Source of the DNA: a virus
Direction: 5' to 3' (one strand)
DNA: 64,000 nt
Virus genome (UHGV): UHGV-0200554
In this document: one piece after another, positions 53,262 through 63,677 of the stretch
Position numbering within the stretch: position 1 is the first letter of the stretch
How the letters are laid out: each line of letters starts with the position of its first letter
Translations under genes and position numbers: made by a program
The notes under the pieces: model-generated
What the model was told of the DNA's origin: nothing
What the model saw: the letters and a program-made list of their open reading frames with translations, nothing else
Databases searched by the model: none

Positions 53262-54374
53262 TGGCTAAAATGTATGGCCCATGCTCCCGTAAACAACAAA
53301 TGATTCTGGAAAATGATGCCGACTTCCTGATCATTGGTGGGGCAGCGGGTTGTTTGTCAATGCGACATGAGGTGATGACACCTAACGGGTGGATCAGAAT
53401 ATCGGAATGGGATGGTCAAGATATCCTCCAGTTTGATAAAGAAACTGGTAAGGCCATGTTTATCCAGCCTGAAGAGTTTGTTAAGCTGGAATGCGACAAA
53501 CTAACCAGGATTGTGCAGGATGGTATTTGTCAGGAATTATCCGACGAGCACACAGTTCTGTACGTCCCAGAAGACGGAACAGCTTACGGTACACTTAATT
53601 TCGGAGAAGTGGCTGAACAGTATGCTAACGGTGAGTTGGCAATGCGTATGCAGACCACGTTTGTGAACATGGGTGGTACTGGCCTTGGCATTTCTGACGA
53701 AGAGCTGAAAGAAAGGGCAAGATATTACAAATTCACAGATGAGTGGTATAATTGTGATCGTCGTCAGTTGTTGCAGATCTGGTATGAGATTTACCTGAAC
53801 GGTAATGATCCCCATGCCTACGTTGTTCCAACGAAAGAACAGGCTGATTTCTTGCAATACCTCGGATCATCTTTAGGTTTCAACGCACAGATCTTCTTCG
53901 AAGAAGGTTACAAAGTTGTGTTCTCTAATGAACGTGCAGGTACGATTGCTCTTAATAACGATGCAACGTTCGAAGAGTTTGAGCCGGAAGATGGTTACAA
54001 ATATTGTTTTGCTACCACAACAGGCTATTTTATCACCAGACTGGAAAACTGCATTGCAGTGACTGGTAACAGTGGTAAATCCTTTCTTCTACAGCTTCTC
54101 CCACTAAAGATGATAGATGACCCCAACACTTCTGTGGTGATGTTCCGTAGGACAACTCCACAACTGGAAGGTGAAGGTGGTCTGTGGCCTAAAGCACTGA
54201 GTGTGTATCTGGATCTTCCTGAGTACATGAGGCCGAAATTCAGAGAGAAAGACCATAAGTTTACTTTTCCATATTATGATGCAAAGACGGGCAAATGGAA
54301 TAAGAAAAGAGACGGAGCAGTAATCAAATACTGCCATATGGAATACGTCCAAGATAAGCTGAATCATCAAGGGT
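53261..54374 (+). CDS. Terminase large subunit, exon 1 (contains in-frame intein)
   Basis: Walker A GGAAG..SGKS split by intein; ORF ends at TAA at proposed 5' splice site. Confidence 0.7.
53351..54070 (+). mobile_element. Intein (240 aa) inserted in terminase P-loop
   Basis: Starts CLSMRH (Cys1), block-B-like DEHTV, ends TGN followed by Ser; removal restores GGAAGSGKS. Confidence 0.65.
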
Positions 54375-54901
54375 AAACAAACCTGCCCTTCGTGCCTAAT
54401 TCGGTGAAACTCCTTGACAAAAGGACAATACCGAGCTACGGTTAAAGGATTAGTTGAAACCGAGTGTAACGACTATCCCCGATGAGTGTAGGGGAGTAGA
54501 ATCACAAGCGATTGGTGATCCAAACGGCACGCCAAGGAGGGAAGAGCTAGTCTGTTCCACATGGTAACATGTGGCGGGTGTCTTAGCACACCGCGTCGGA
54601 GTAGCGATCCGGCGGGACAAAAGTGGAATATACTTTAATATGTTTTGATGAGGGTTAACTGGTAGCTCTCGTAAAACCTCCCTAATTGCGGGGAAATCTT
54701 TACTATTGACACCACCAACCTATTATGGTAACATAATATTGGCTTCGGAGAAATACCGAAGGTATGGTAATAGCGTGTTGATTTAGATAATCCGCAGCGA
54801 AGCATCCTGATAGGATGTGTGCTCAACGACTATCGCTTACGGGCGTTAGGGCCAAGCGGCTGGGGAAACCCACAGTCTTTTAAGACTGCCGAAACGGGAG
54901 G

Positions 54902-55195
54902 ATGGGAATGTGTAAAACTAAAAAATGTGTAGATTGCCAGAGAGTCCTACCTCTTGAGGATTTCTTTTTATCTTCTAAGAGTAATGATGGGTACTCTGGT
55001 ACATGCAAGGAATGCTATATGTACTACAGAAAGAATGGATCTCGTAGAAACAAGGATATGGTTAAGAGAGATGATGCAGCAGCGTTTATTCAAGATTTGC
55101 TAGAGAAAGGTGAGCTTTTTGAATGCAAATCTTGTCATAAAAGTATGCTCGCTGACAATTTTACACAAAACGTGATTATGGTAGGGTATATCTAG
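54902..55195 (+). CDS. Intron-encoded homing endonuclease, N-terminal zinc-finger part
   Basis: CxxC pairs (CVDCQ, CKEC, CKSC); ends 18 nt before catalytic ORF in another frame. Confidence 0.55.
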   Translation: MGMCKTKKCVDCQRVLPLEDFFLSSKSNDGYSGTCKECYMYYRKNGSRRNKDMVKRDDAAAFIQDLLEKGELFECKSCHKSMLADNFTQNVIMVGYI

Positions 55196-55212
55196 TCACG
55201 GGCAGGTGTAAA

Positions 55213-55497
55213 ATGTGTGAGAAGTTCTATCAGCTTGAGAAGAAATTTCACATAACAAAAGACGAATATTTTCGTCTACTCTCAGATCAAGATTATAAAT
55301 GTGCCATTTGCGGGATATCACTTGATGAGTATAGGTCGCAAGGGTACAGAGATTTCTTTAGTGTTGATCATGACCATAAGACTGGCGCTGTAAGAGGTTT
55401 GCTTTGTGATAAGTGTAACAGAGCTTTAGGTTTTTTCCAGGAGGATGAGGAAACTCTTCTTAAAGCGGCAGAGTATTTACACACTCATAAGATATAG
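55213..55497 (+). CDS. Intron-encoded Endonuclease VII-type homing endonuclease, catalytic part
   Basis: VDHDHKTGAVRGLLCDKCNRALG matches Endo VII motif; stop overlaps intron S element. Confidence 0.7.
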   Translation: MCEKFYQLEKKFHITKDEYFRLLSDQDYKCAICGISLDEYRSQGYRDFFSVDHDHKTGAVRGLLCDKCNRALGFFQEDEETLLKAAEYLHTHKI

Positions 55498-55581
55498 TCT
55501 GGTCTGCATGGAGACATGCAGCTGCCACATGGTGGCGGGGCAAGAGTAGCGACCTTGCCCGAACACAAACGACACAGTTCG

Positions 55582-56693
55582 ATTGGGAGCAAATCGACTA
55601 CCTGATTTCTCGTATGAGGTCGAAATCGAAATACTCTTCACGGATGGTGATCAGCTGTAACCCGGATTCTGAACACTATTTAGCCAAACTGGTTCGTTGG
55701 TGGCTTGACGACGAGGGCTACCCAGATGAAAGCAAGTGTGGCGTTAAGCGCTATTTCATCCGTAGGGATGGGGAATTTATCTTCGGCGATACGCCAGAAG
55801 AGTTGATCGAGAAGTATACCTATGTTAACGGCAAAGGTGTTGAGATAATCCCAAAACCACTCTCTATCGCTTTTATCGGTGCAACAATCCACGATAACCC
55901 CATCTGCTTGCGTGATAACCCAGAATATCTTGCATTCCTGGAAGGTCTGCCAGAGCTGGAAAAAGCACAACTCCTCTACGGTAACTGGTTCGCTAAGCCT
56001 GAAGGTGCAAACTATTTCAGTCGCACATTCTTGAAAGATGCGGATCATGTCCCCCTCGGAGCAGTTTCTGTAAGAGCATGGGATAAAGCTGGTACAGAAC
56101 GTACCTCTGGCAACAAATTCCCCGACTATACAGCCAGTATCAAGGTCAGTAAGGATAGTGATGGTTACTACTACATCTCCGGTGACTATTGCCCTGAAAA
56201 CGTAGATGATGGCAGATATTCTACGGGCTTGCACGGTAAGTTCTGCAAGAAAGCTGGGGAACGTGATGTTATTATCAAGAAACAGGCAGAGTTTGATGGT
56301 GAGGACTGCGTAATTGTCTTCTCTGTGGACCCCGGTCAGGCAGGTAAGAGTGAGTTTCTTACTTCATCTCGTAAACTTCTTGCCGGAGGGTTCAGGGTAG
56401 AAGAAGACCCAATGCCGTCTAACAAATCAAAACTCACCCGTTTCTCCCCGTTTGCCAACCTTGCCCAACAAGGGATGGTGCGGCTTGTCCGGTCAAGTTT
56501 CGACCCGGATACACTGGAAGCATTTTTGACAGAGCTGGAGAAATTTAACGGCGAACGGTCAACCTTTAGCCGTAAAGATGATTGGGCTGACTCCATTGCT
56601 TCTGCAATTAACTACCTTGAAAAAGAGGAAGTTGCTATGCCATGTGTTATTCCGAAGATTGTTTCACCCTCTATGTATAAGAGGATGATTTAA
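55582..56693 (+). CDS. Terminase large subunit, exon 2 (nuclease domain)
   Basis: In-frame continuation from proposed 3' splice site; followed by UUCG-hairpin terminator. Confidence 0.6.
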
Positions 56694-56744
56694 GTAGTTG
56701 CCAATCTTAGATGAATGTGTTACAATAATCTATAGAGCATAACT

Positions 56745-56772
56745 AAGCCCTCTTCGGAGGGCTATTTCTTTT
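56745..56772 (+). terminator. Intrinsic terminator with UUCG tetraloop
   Basis: AGCCCTC-TTCG-GAGGGCT followed by ATTTCTTTTG. Confidence 0.65.
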
Positions 56773-56793
56773 GTCTAACTTGAGGGTAATCTT

Positions 56794-58353
56794 GTGTCCA
56801 AGAAAAGCCGTAGGAAAAACAACGCAGCAGCCAAAGCGAGGGCTGTGAAAAAAGCTGGAAATCAAGATGCCCAGGTGCACAATGTTCGTCTGGGAGAGAT
56901 TGGTTCCGGTGCACTGGCTCAGATCCAATTTGAATCTCAGCAGATGATGGTTGAGGAGTTGCGTTGGCCCAACCTTATCGCTACCGTAGAGACGATGAAA
57001 TGCGACTCAACAGTAGCTACCGCTCTGGATTCTAAATATGTACTGATCACCAAAGCCTTCAACGATTTCAAAATTCTCTGTAATGAAGAGAGTGAAGAAT
57101 CTAAGAAAGCAGCAGCATTTATCGACTATGCCCTGCGTAATCTCTCTAATCAGCAAACACTTCGTGATATTGCAAGAAGTGCAGCCACCTTTAATGAATA
57201 CGGCTTCTCAATATTTGAGAAAGTTTACCGTCGTGAACAGGAAGGGGAGTACGCTGGTAAATTAGTTATTGACAAGTTTGCATTCAGACCTCAAGCGAGC
57301 CTGTCCCGCAGTAACCCGTTCCAGTTTGATAAAAATAGTCGTAAACTTGAAGGTATATGGCAGTCACCGAATGCGTTTGTTAATTTCAAACGTAATTCAT
57401 ACGCTGGCCCACTACTTTCTGCTCCGGCAAACTTCAACGGTGAGGAGATTTTCATTCCGGCTAAGAAAATCATGATCATGACTCTTTCCGGTACAGAGTC
57501 CAATCCGGCAGGTGTTTCACCTATGATTGGTTGTTACAGATCCTTCCGTGAGAAAGTGCTGATCGAAAACCTGGAAGTGGTTGGTTGCTCCAAAGATCTT
57601 GGTGGTGTGCTTGAGCTGAAAATACCGTCCAACATTCTGAATAAAGCAAGTATCGACCCCACCTCAATGGAAGGTCAGATGGTTGCTAACCTGATGGCAG
57701 ATGCTGCAAATGCCCACTCCGGTGAACAGAGTTTCTTTATTCTCCCATCGGATCGTGATAAATCAGGTAAAGAACAGTATTCCATGGACCTGAAAGGGAT
57801 CAATGGTGCTGGTAAACAATACTCCACCAAAGATCTTGTTGATGCACGTAAGAAAGCTATCCTTGATAGATTTGGTGCTGGTTTTATTAACTTAGGTAAC
57901 GACAACGTTGGTTCTTACTCGTTGTCCGAGTCCAAACAGTCTTTACATGGTCACTTCGTTAACCGTGATATTGACATTATTGTTGAGGCTTTCAACAAAG
58001 ACTTCATTCCCCAGATGCTGGCGCTGAACGGTATCTACCTCTCCAATGAGGATATGCCGAAACTCAAACCAGGGTTGACTGAAAAAGTTGACATGGAAGA
58101 GTTCTCCAAATTCGTACAGCGTATTGGTGCAGTTGGTTATCTGCCTAAAACTCCGGGTGTTATCAATAAAATCCTTGAAGTTGGTGGTTTTGACTACCGC
58201 GTTGATGAGGATATTGACACTGAAGAGTTAATGCAAATACTGGGTCAGGATGTAAGTCGGTCAGGTGACGGTATGGCGGCGGGGACCAACGGTAATGGCA
58301 CGTCCAGAATGTCATCCACACGCGATAATTCTGTATCAAATATGGAAAATTAA
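56794..58353 (+). CDS. Putative portal protein (519 aa)
   Basis: GTG start after gaggg RBS; size and position directly after terminase. Confidence 0.55.
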   Translation: MSKKSRRKNNAAAKARAVKKAGNQDAQVHNVRLGEIGSGALAQIQFESQQMMVEELRWPNLIATVETMKCDSTVATALDSKYVLITKAFNDFKILCNEESEESKKAAAFIDYALRNLSNQQTLRDIARSAATFNEYGFSIFEKVYRREQEGEYAGKLVIDKFAFRPQASLSRSNPFQFDKNSRKLEGIWQSPNAFVNFKRNSYAGPLLSAPANFNGEEIFIPAKKIMIMTLSGTESNPAGVSPMIGCYRSFREKVLIENLEVVGCSKDLGGVLELKIPSNILNKASIDPTSMEGQMVANLMADAANAHSGEQSFFILPSDRDKSGKEQYSMDLKGINGAGKQYSTKDLVDARKKAILDRFGAGFINLGNDNVGSYSLSESKQSLHGHFVNRDIDIIVEAFNKDFIPQMLALNGIYLSNEDMPKLKPGLTEKVDMEEFSKFVQRIGAVGYLPKTPGVINKILEVGGFDYRVDEDIDTEELMQILGQDVSRSGDGMAAGTNGNGTSRMSSTRDNSVSNMEN

Positions 58354-58373
58354 AAAAATTTTCATAAACAGGG

Positions 58374-58402
58374 TTGCATTTTAATTTGCAGTGTGGTAGA
58401 AT
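58374..58402 (+). promoter_or_regulatory. Promoter with extended -10
   Basis: TTGCAT, 17 bp spacer, TGGTAGAAT. Confidence 0.5.
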
Positions 58403-58420
58403 AGTTTACATGAGGTAAAA

Positions 58421-58849
58421 ATGTCTACAACTGAAGAGATGATTTCATACGAGATCATCTACGAACCAAACACTAAAGATGCTCACGGCGAGTGGATGTC
58501 CGAAGAAACTCTTCGCAAAGCGAAAGAAAGCTGGGACATGGCATACGCCGCTGGCATCGCCAGAGAAAACCTTTTCCATCTCACCTCCACTGAAGCATTC
58601 ACTATCGAAAAAACCTGGATTCAGGAAGAACTTGATGTGGTTGTTGCAGAAACCGGACAACCTATCAAGGCTGGATCATGGGTAGCTAAAGTGAAATACA
58701 ATAACGAAGCCTTGTGGGAAGCTAAGAAAGCTGGCATTGTCGGTGGACTAAGCATCCAGTGCACAGGCCATGTTAACGAAGAGACAGGTGAGATTACAGA
58801 TATCAATTTCGGGGCCACAATCGTGGAAAATGAAGAGGGCGATGAATAA
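58421..58849 (+). CDS. head-module protein, function unknown (142 aa)
   Basis: RBS gaggt; between portal and scaffold-like gene. Confidence 0.55.
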   Translation: MSTTEEMISYEIIYEPNTKDAHGEWMSEETLRKAKESWDMAYAAGIARENLFHLTSTEAFTIEKTWIQEELDVVVAETGQPIKAGSWVAKVKYNNEALWEAKKAGIVGGLSIQCTGHVNEETGEITDINFGATIVENEEGDE

Positions 58850-59904
58850 TGGCAGACACCATCAAAATTCAAGAGAAGGGCATTGCACTGTGCCATGAAG
58901 CACAAGGTTTCAGTGCCAATAACCGTCCGATCTCTTTGCTGATGAAAAGTGATCTTGAACCAGAACAGTTGACAGCTGATATTGTCAAAGCTCTGCGTCA
59001 GGTCACGGTGGATCTTAGTTTTGAAGAATACCTCATGAGATTCTTCGGTTTGTGGGCCTATGATGCTAAAAAATTAGCCGCACTTCTGGGGTTTGAAATC
59101 GAAGAGGAAGCCTTCGCTAGAGAACACCCAGACAATGATTGGGCGCAAGCCGACGCTGAAATGGTTCGTGAATGGCTGGAAGAAGTAAACTCCACAGTAA
59201 CGATCCACAAAGCTGCTCAGGAAGGTAAAGACCTTTCTTTAGTCGAACAATATGAACTTCTGAAAGCACAGCAGAAGTTCGAGGAAGTAACCGCTGATCT
59301 CTTCGATGCAGAAGGGAACCTTATTAAAGCGGTCGAAGACCCAGTAGAACCTGAGGTGAAACATGAACCTCAACCGGAGCCGAAACCGGAACCTGTACCT
59401 GAAGAAGTAGTTCCAGTTAAGCCTGTGAAAGAAGTTCCTGAAAAAACCCCAGCTAATACTGATAACAATGAACCCGCAAATATCGAGGGGAATACGGTGG
59501 AAGATGTAACCAAATCTCAAGAGTACATTGACCTGTTGAAACAGTTTGAAGCATTGCAGGCTAAACAAGCAGAAGCCGATGCAATCATCAAAGCTCAGGT
59601 TGAACTCAAAAAAGCAGAAATGCTTGAAAAAGCTAAAGCTCTTAGCTTCGTAACTGAAGAAGATCATGAAATGCTGGTTGACTTCATGTTAGAAAAAGCT
59701 AATGAAGCAGTTGTCGCACTTCTTGAAAAAGCTCAGGCACGTATTGCTGAACTTGAAGCGGAAGTTAAAAAAACCAAAGAAGAATTCGCAACCGCCGAAC
59801 ACGGTAAAGACGGCGAACCTATTGTGGATGATGTTCAAAAATCCGCAGAAGAAATCCTTGCAGAAAACGTAGCGAAAGCTCTCGCTGCAAAAGCTAACAA
59901 ATAA
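58849..59904 (+). CDS. Putative scaffolding protein (351 aa)
   Basis: Pro/Glu-rich linker (EPQPEPKPEPVPEE) and long Ala/Lys/Glu helical C-terminal half. Confidence 0.45.
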   Translation: MADTIKIQEKGIALCHEAQGFSANNRPISLLMKSDLEPEQLTADIVKALRQVTVDLSFEEYLMRFFGLWAYDAKKLAALLGFEIEEEAFAREHPDNDWAQADAEMVREWLEEVNSTVTIHKAAQEGKDLSLVEQYELLKAQQKFEEVTADLFDAEGNLIKAVEDPVEPEVKHEPQPEPKPEPVPEEVVPVKPVKEVPEKTPANTDNNEPANIEGNTVEDVTKSQEYIDLLKQFEALQAKQAEADAIIKAQVELKKAEMLEKAKALSFVTEEDHEMLVDFMLEKANEAVVALLEKAQARIAELEAEVKKTKEEFATAEHGKDGEPIVDDVQKSAEEILAENVAKALAAKANK

Positions 59905-59916
59905 TTCAAGGGGAAA

Positions 59917-60294
59917 ATGATGATCACCACTCAATATTCTGATATCGTGCTCGGCAAAGTAGACGCAAGCGATGCTGGCTTCAACTTTAAAGAGATCGAA
60001 ATCACTCTGACTGATGACCATGTAGCAGGTGCTGTAGTTACCGCTACTGGTACTCTGGCTAACGCAGATGGTTCTGATACATTCGGTGTTCTGGTAGACC
60101 GTGCCTTACTGCCTGATTCTGCTGGTCGTGTAAACCTGGCTGAACCGCTGACTATTGGTCAGACCTATAAACTGGTTGTTGCTGTTCGCGGCGTTACCTT
60201 TGCAAAAGAACATCTGGTTATCGCTGACGGTGCAGAAGCTCCTGAAGCTGTTCTGAAAGCTCTGGAAGCTCGTGGTAACAAAGTTCAAGAATAA
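59917..60294 (+). CDS. Putative head decoration protein (lambda D-like position; 125 aa)
   Basis: Small Gly/Ala/Val-rich protein directly upstream of major capsid candidate. Confidence 0.4.
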   Translation: MMITTQYSDIVLGKVDASDAGFNFKEIEITLTDDHVAGAVVTATGTLANADGSDTFGVLVDRALLPDSAGRVNLAEPLTIGQTYKLVVAVRGVTFAKEHLVIADGAEAPEAVLKALEARGNKVQE

Positions 60295-60317
60295 TTGATT
60301 GATAACTGGAGAAAATA

Positions 60318-61322
60318 ATGATCACTCGTAAAGATGATTTTGGTATTGTTGACCTGGGTGCAACTCTTGAGCTGGTTCCACGCCAATTCCGTCTGATCAC
60401 TGGCATGAACCTTTTTGAAACCCACCTGGGTACTTCTACCATCGCACAAATCGAACGTGTTGACGAAATCGTAGCAGATATCCCTGCTCGTCGTCGTGGT
60501 GGTGAACGTAACTACGTAGGTAGCGAACGTGCTCAGATCAAAAACCTGAACATCCCGTTCTTCCCATTGGATAAAGGGATTACAGCAGCTGACGTTCAAA
60601 ACTTCCGTCGCTACTTTACTCCTGATGCTCCGAAAACTGTGGAAGATGTTGTAACTCGTGTAGTTCGCCGCATCCGTATCTCCCATGAAGCTCTGCGTGA
60701 AAAAGCACTGTTTGCTGCTGTCATGGGTAAATCCTATGCTCCTGGTGATGCAACCTGCAAATATGACTATTACACCCTGTGGGGCGTAACTCAGAAATCC
60801 ATCGAAATCGATCCGGCTGATGCTGCTCAGGACCCGATGGAAGTTATCGAAGAAGGTCGTCTGCACATTGCTCTGCAAGCTGGTGACAATGCTGGTGCAT
60901 ACCGCATTATTTGCCTGTGCTCTCCTGAATTCTTCAGTGCACTGGTTCATCATCCGCTGGTAGAACTGGCTTACACCTACTACAGCTCACAACAGGAACC
61001 TCTGCGTCGTCGTCTGGGTGCTGGCGGTGAAAATTCAGTCTATCGCGTATTTGAACACAAAGGCATGACCTTCATCGAAGATATCTCCGGCAACATCCCG
61101 GCAAAAGAAGCACGTTTAGTACCGATGGGTATTGATGCTATGTTCCAGCTGCACTTTGCTCCGGCAGATGACCTGGCAGAAGCAAATACTCCGGCACAAG
61201 AACTGTACATGTGGTACAAACACTCAGCTTATCTGCGTGAAGAAAAAGTTGAGTCTGAAACCTCTATGCTGGCTGTTAACACCCGTCCTGAACTGGTTGT
61301 TAAAGTCACTCTTCATGAATAA
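60318..61322 (+). CDS. Putative major capsid protein (334 aa)
   Basis: Strong RBS; size and synteny (portal, scaffold, decoration, capsid) as in lambda-like head modules. Confidence 0.55.
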   Translation: MITRKDDFGIVDLGATLELVPRQFRLITGMNLFETHLGTSTIAQIERVDEIVADIPARRRGGERNYVGSERAQIKNLNIPFFPLDKGITAADVQNFRRYFTPDAPKTVEDVVTRVVRRIRISHEALREKALFAAVMGKSYAPGDATCKYDYYTLWGVTQKSIEIDPADAAQDPMEVIEEGRLHIALQAGDNAGAYRIICLCSPEFFSALVHHPLVELAYTYYSSQQEPLRRRLGAGGENSVYRVFEHKGMTFIEDISGNIPAKEARLVPMGIDAMFQLHFAPADDLAEANTPAQELYMWYKHSAYLREEKVESETSMLAVNTRPELVVKVTLHE

Positions 61323-61346
61323 TCGTCACCTCGGTGACTAACCTCG

Positions 61347-61380
61347 AAGGGGGGAGGGGGAACCCTCTCCCCTTTCTTGT
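61347..61380 (+). terminator. Intrinsic terminator after capsid gene
   Basis: GGGGAGGGGG..CCCTCTCCCC hairpin followed by TTTCTTGTTTT. Confidence 0.55.
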
Positions 61381-61404
61381 TTTAGGGCTGTAAAGGAGAC
61401 TCTT

Positions 61405-62829
61405 GTGTTCTATCCAGTTGAATATGATCCGAAATTACGGATTTTCAATAACCAGGTAGACTTCTACGAATTTCTGGCAGAAGCTAATCCAGAAATCAAC
61501 GTAGGTCTGTCTGCGTTATTACCACCAACCGAATTTGTTGTTGGTGAAAAACACTTCCCATGCAGAACGATTGTGGATTTCTTCGAACAGATTGCAGAAC
61601 AGACTGGATTGCCAATCGACACGGAAGCCTCCACTATCCGTATGGGTGTAATTCTTTTGTTCTTCACAGAAGACTTGGGTGAGAGCATCTTAACACTTCA
61701 AAGCGGTGATGCTCATATTACGCTTACCCCTTCCGTGTTTAAAGAGGTAGATGCTGCTTCCAAGGTTTCAGTGGCAAAAGGTCATCTGTGGTATCCTGAA
61801 GAAATGCCCAGCAAGGTTACCATAAATGATGAGCAATGTGATGTTGTTTATGCAGAGGGTACTCAAACTTTCACCATTGGGTGGCCTAAGAAACGTTCTC
61901 AGGTTGTAAATCCAGGTCTGACTTCCGAACCGATTGTAAGAGAAGAGTGGGAAGAGAGTCCTAATACGCTACCAAATGAAAGAGCACTTAAAGAAGACGG
62001 TACTTTAAAAATGGGAACGGGTGTAAAAGGCACTTATGCTACAGTTACCAGTGATGGGGTAATTGAATTAGCACTCATTCCAATGATACCTGGTCGTAAA
62101 GTATTAGGTCCTGCTGGCGATGATGGTATTTTTACTAAAACAGAAAAAGGCGACGTTTCTTGTTTCTTTGGTGTGACTAGTTTGAAATATCCGTTAAAAG
62201 ATGTAATTGGTTTATATGATTCCATTACTTTAGATGTAATTAGTGATGGTACACCTATACAAAAAATGGACTTACAATTACATAATGGCGGTTGGTATGA
62301 CAAAAACGGAGAAATGTTAGAGGGTACTTACCTTGACGAATATACTATTCAAGAAGCCACTCGTGTATCATTCTATGCAGAAAGGGGTAGAGAACATAAG
62401 TTTGTTTTAAGTGCTACCTCTGGAGAAAACACGGAGAGCATAGAAGTTACCGTTATTGATGAGTACGTAGAACCGGATCCTGAACCAGAGCTGGAACCAG
62501 AGCCGGACCCGGATACAGGAGTTGACCCAGGACCTGATCCAGAATCATTACCTGAGCCAGGACCCACTGTGGGAGACAACGGTGAAACTACAGGGCCTGC
62601 TGAATCACAGGGTGCGGAGCCAGCTATAATGACAATGAGTATGGAAGAAGCTGCTCCCGATAGCGTCGATGCCATCCTACAGCAGGCTGCTGTTTTAGAA
62701 GACGAAGCAGACAAGAGTGGCTCTAAAGTGGCTCTTGAAGCATTCGCCAAACAATACGGTGTGAGCTTAGCTCGAAATAAAACTTTCGCCAATATGATGA
62801 AAGATTTCGAAGCAGCTCTTAGAGCATAA
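61405..62829 (+). CDS. Structural protein with Ig-like segment and acidic Pro-rich repeat (474 aa)
   Basis: GTG start after aaggagac; EPDPEPELEPEPDPD repeat. Confidence 0.5.
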   Translation: MFYPVEYDPKLRIFNNQVDFYEFLAEANPEINVGLSALLPPTEFVVGEKHFPCRTIVDFFEQIAEQTGLPIDTEASTIRMGVILLFFTEDLGESILTLQSGDAHITLTPSVFKEVDAASKVSVAKGHLWYPEEMPSKVTINDEQCDVVYAEGTQTFTIGWPKKRSQVVNPGLTSEPIVREEWEESPNTLPNERALKEDGTLKMGTGVKGTYATVTSDGVIELALIPMIPGRKVLGPAGDDGIFTKTEKGDVSCFFGVTSLKYPLKDVIGLYDSITLDVISDGTPIQKMDLQLHNGGWYDKNGEMLEGTYLDEYTIQEATRVSFYAERGREHKFVLSATSGENTESIEVTVIDEYVEPDPEPELEPEPDPDTGVDPGPDPESLPEPGPTVGDNGETTGPAESQGAEPAIMTMSMEEAAPDSVDAILQQAAVLEDEADKSGSKVALEAFAKQYGVSLARNKTFANMMKDFEAALRA

Positions 62830-62851
62830 AATTAAAAATTACACCACTACT

Positions 62852-62886
62852 GGCCCCACACCATTCCCGGTCTGGGGCTTTATTTT
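62852..62886 (+). terminator. Putative intrinsic terminator
   Basis: Imperfect GC hairpin followed by TTTATTTTTAT. Confidence 0.45.
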
Positions 62887-62940
62887 TATCAGCTTACATG
62901 TTATAATAATTAAGTGTTCATAATCCTCAAAGGAGATAGA

Positions 62941-63615
62941 ATGGCGTGGTATGAAGAAGAAGAGGTAGTCCCTACTCCTGGTGGGGGAGAGCCTGAAAAT
63001 CCAGATCCTGTAGGGCCAGATGTTGGTGAAGGCGAGGAACCCACAGATCCTGTGCCTGAGGAACCGGAACTGCCGACTGTACCAGATGAAGATATTGATC
63101 CAGATTTTAGTCAAGAAGATTCATTGTCAGCATTCGTTCGTATTCTGCTTGGTAATGTATCACCTGAAGTACTTCCACCGGAAACACTGGCTCTGTTTGT
63201 AGAAATGGCAGTAATGAAATACGATCTGGAAAACCATCCAGAAAGGTTGCCGAATGTCAAATATGATGCAATGGTCCAGGCTGTACGCTGGCTGATGGTT
63301 CAGGAAGTTGCGAGCGGTGAGTCCAGCATCAGTTCTCGTCTGGAAAAAGTTGGTGATGAAACTATCGAAGTCCGTATAGGTCAGACTACATGGCAAGGCT
63401 GGAAAGACTTCCTTGACTGGCTGGTTGCCAATCCAGATTATGTTGACTCTGAACTGGATTCCTGTGGCAGACTGGTTATCATCGGTGGTGTGCGTGAAGA
63501 TGAGTTCCAGAGAGTCAAACGTAATAGAAACAGTGTTTGTGGCTTTGATGTTTCTGGTATCACACCTATGAGTGGTTTACATGGACAACCAAAAAGATAC
63601 CCATCTCGCAGGTAA
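62941..63615 (+). CDS. hypothetical structural protein with acidic Pro-rich N-terminus (224 aa)
   Basis: Track ORF trimmed to MAWYEEEE after aaaggagat RBS. Confidence 0.5.
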   Translation: MAWYEEEEVVPTPGGGEPENPDPVGPDVGEGEEPTDPVPEEPELPTVPDEDIDPDFSQEDSLSAFVRILLGNVSPEVLPPETLALFVEMAVMKYDLENHPERLPNVKYDAMVQAVRWLMVQEVASGESSISSRLEKVGDETIEVRIGQTTWQGWKDFLDWLVANPDYVDSELDSCGRLVIIGGVREDEFQRVKRNRNSVCGFDVSGITPMSGLHGQPKRYPSRR

Positions 63616-63630
63616 TTTGCTAAATTAGTA

Positions 63631-63659
63631 TTGAAAATTGTTGCAGCCTGTGGTATAAT
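63631..63659 (+). promoter_or_regulatory. Promoter with extended -10
   Basis: TTGAAA, 17 bp spacer, TGGTATAAT. Confidence 0.6.
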
Positions 63660-63677
63660 TTATCTATTGGGGGCAAA

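Larger units (their letters stand above)
54375..55581 (+). mobile_element. Group I intron in terminase large subunit gene (boundaries tentative)
   Basis: P element AATTGCGGGG (54686), GGTATGGTAATAGCGTG, Q AATCCGCAGC, R GCTCAACGACTA (54825), S AAGATATAGTC (55489); P1 AAGGGT with GCCCTT. Confidence 0.7.

Noticed and set aside
58621-62792. Minus-strand ORFs overlapping the head genes (58621..58905, 59239..59667, 59689..60021, 60285..60953, 62373..62792)
   Set aside because: Antisense to long, well-supported structural genes with no RBS; the Gly/Ser-rich 62373..62792 translation is the reverse-complement image of the acidic Pro-rich repeat.
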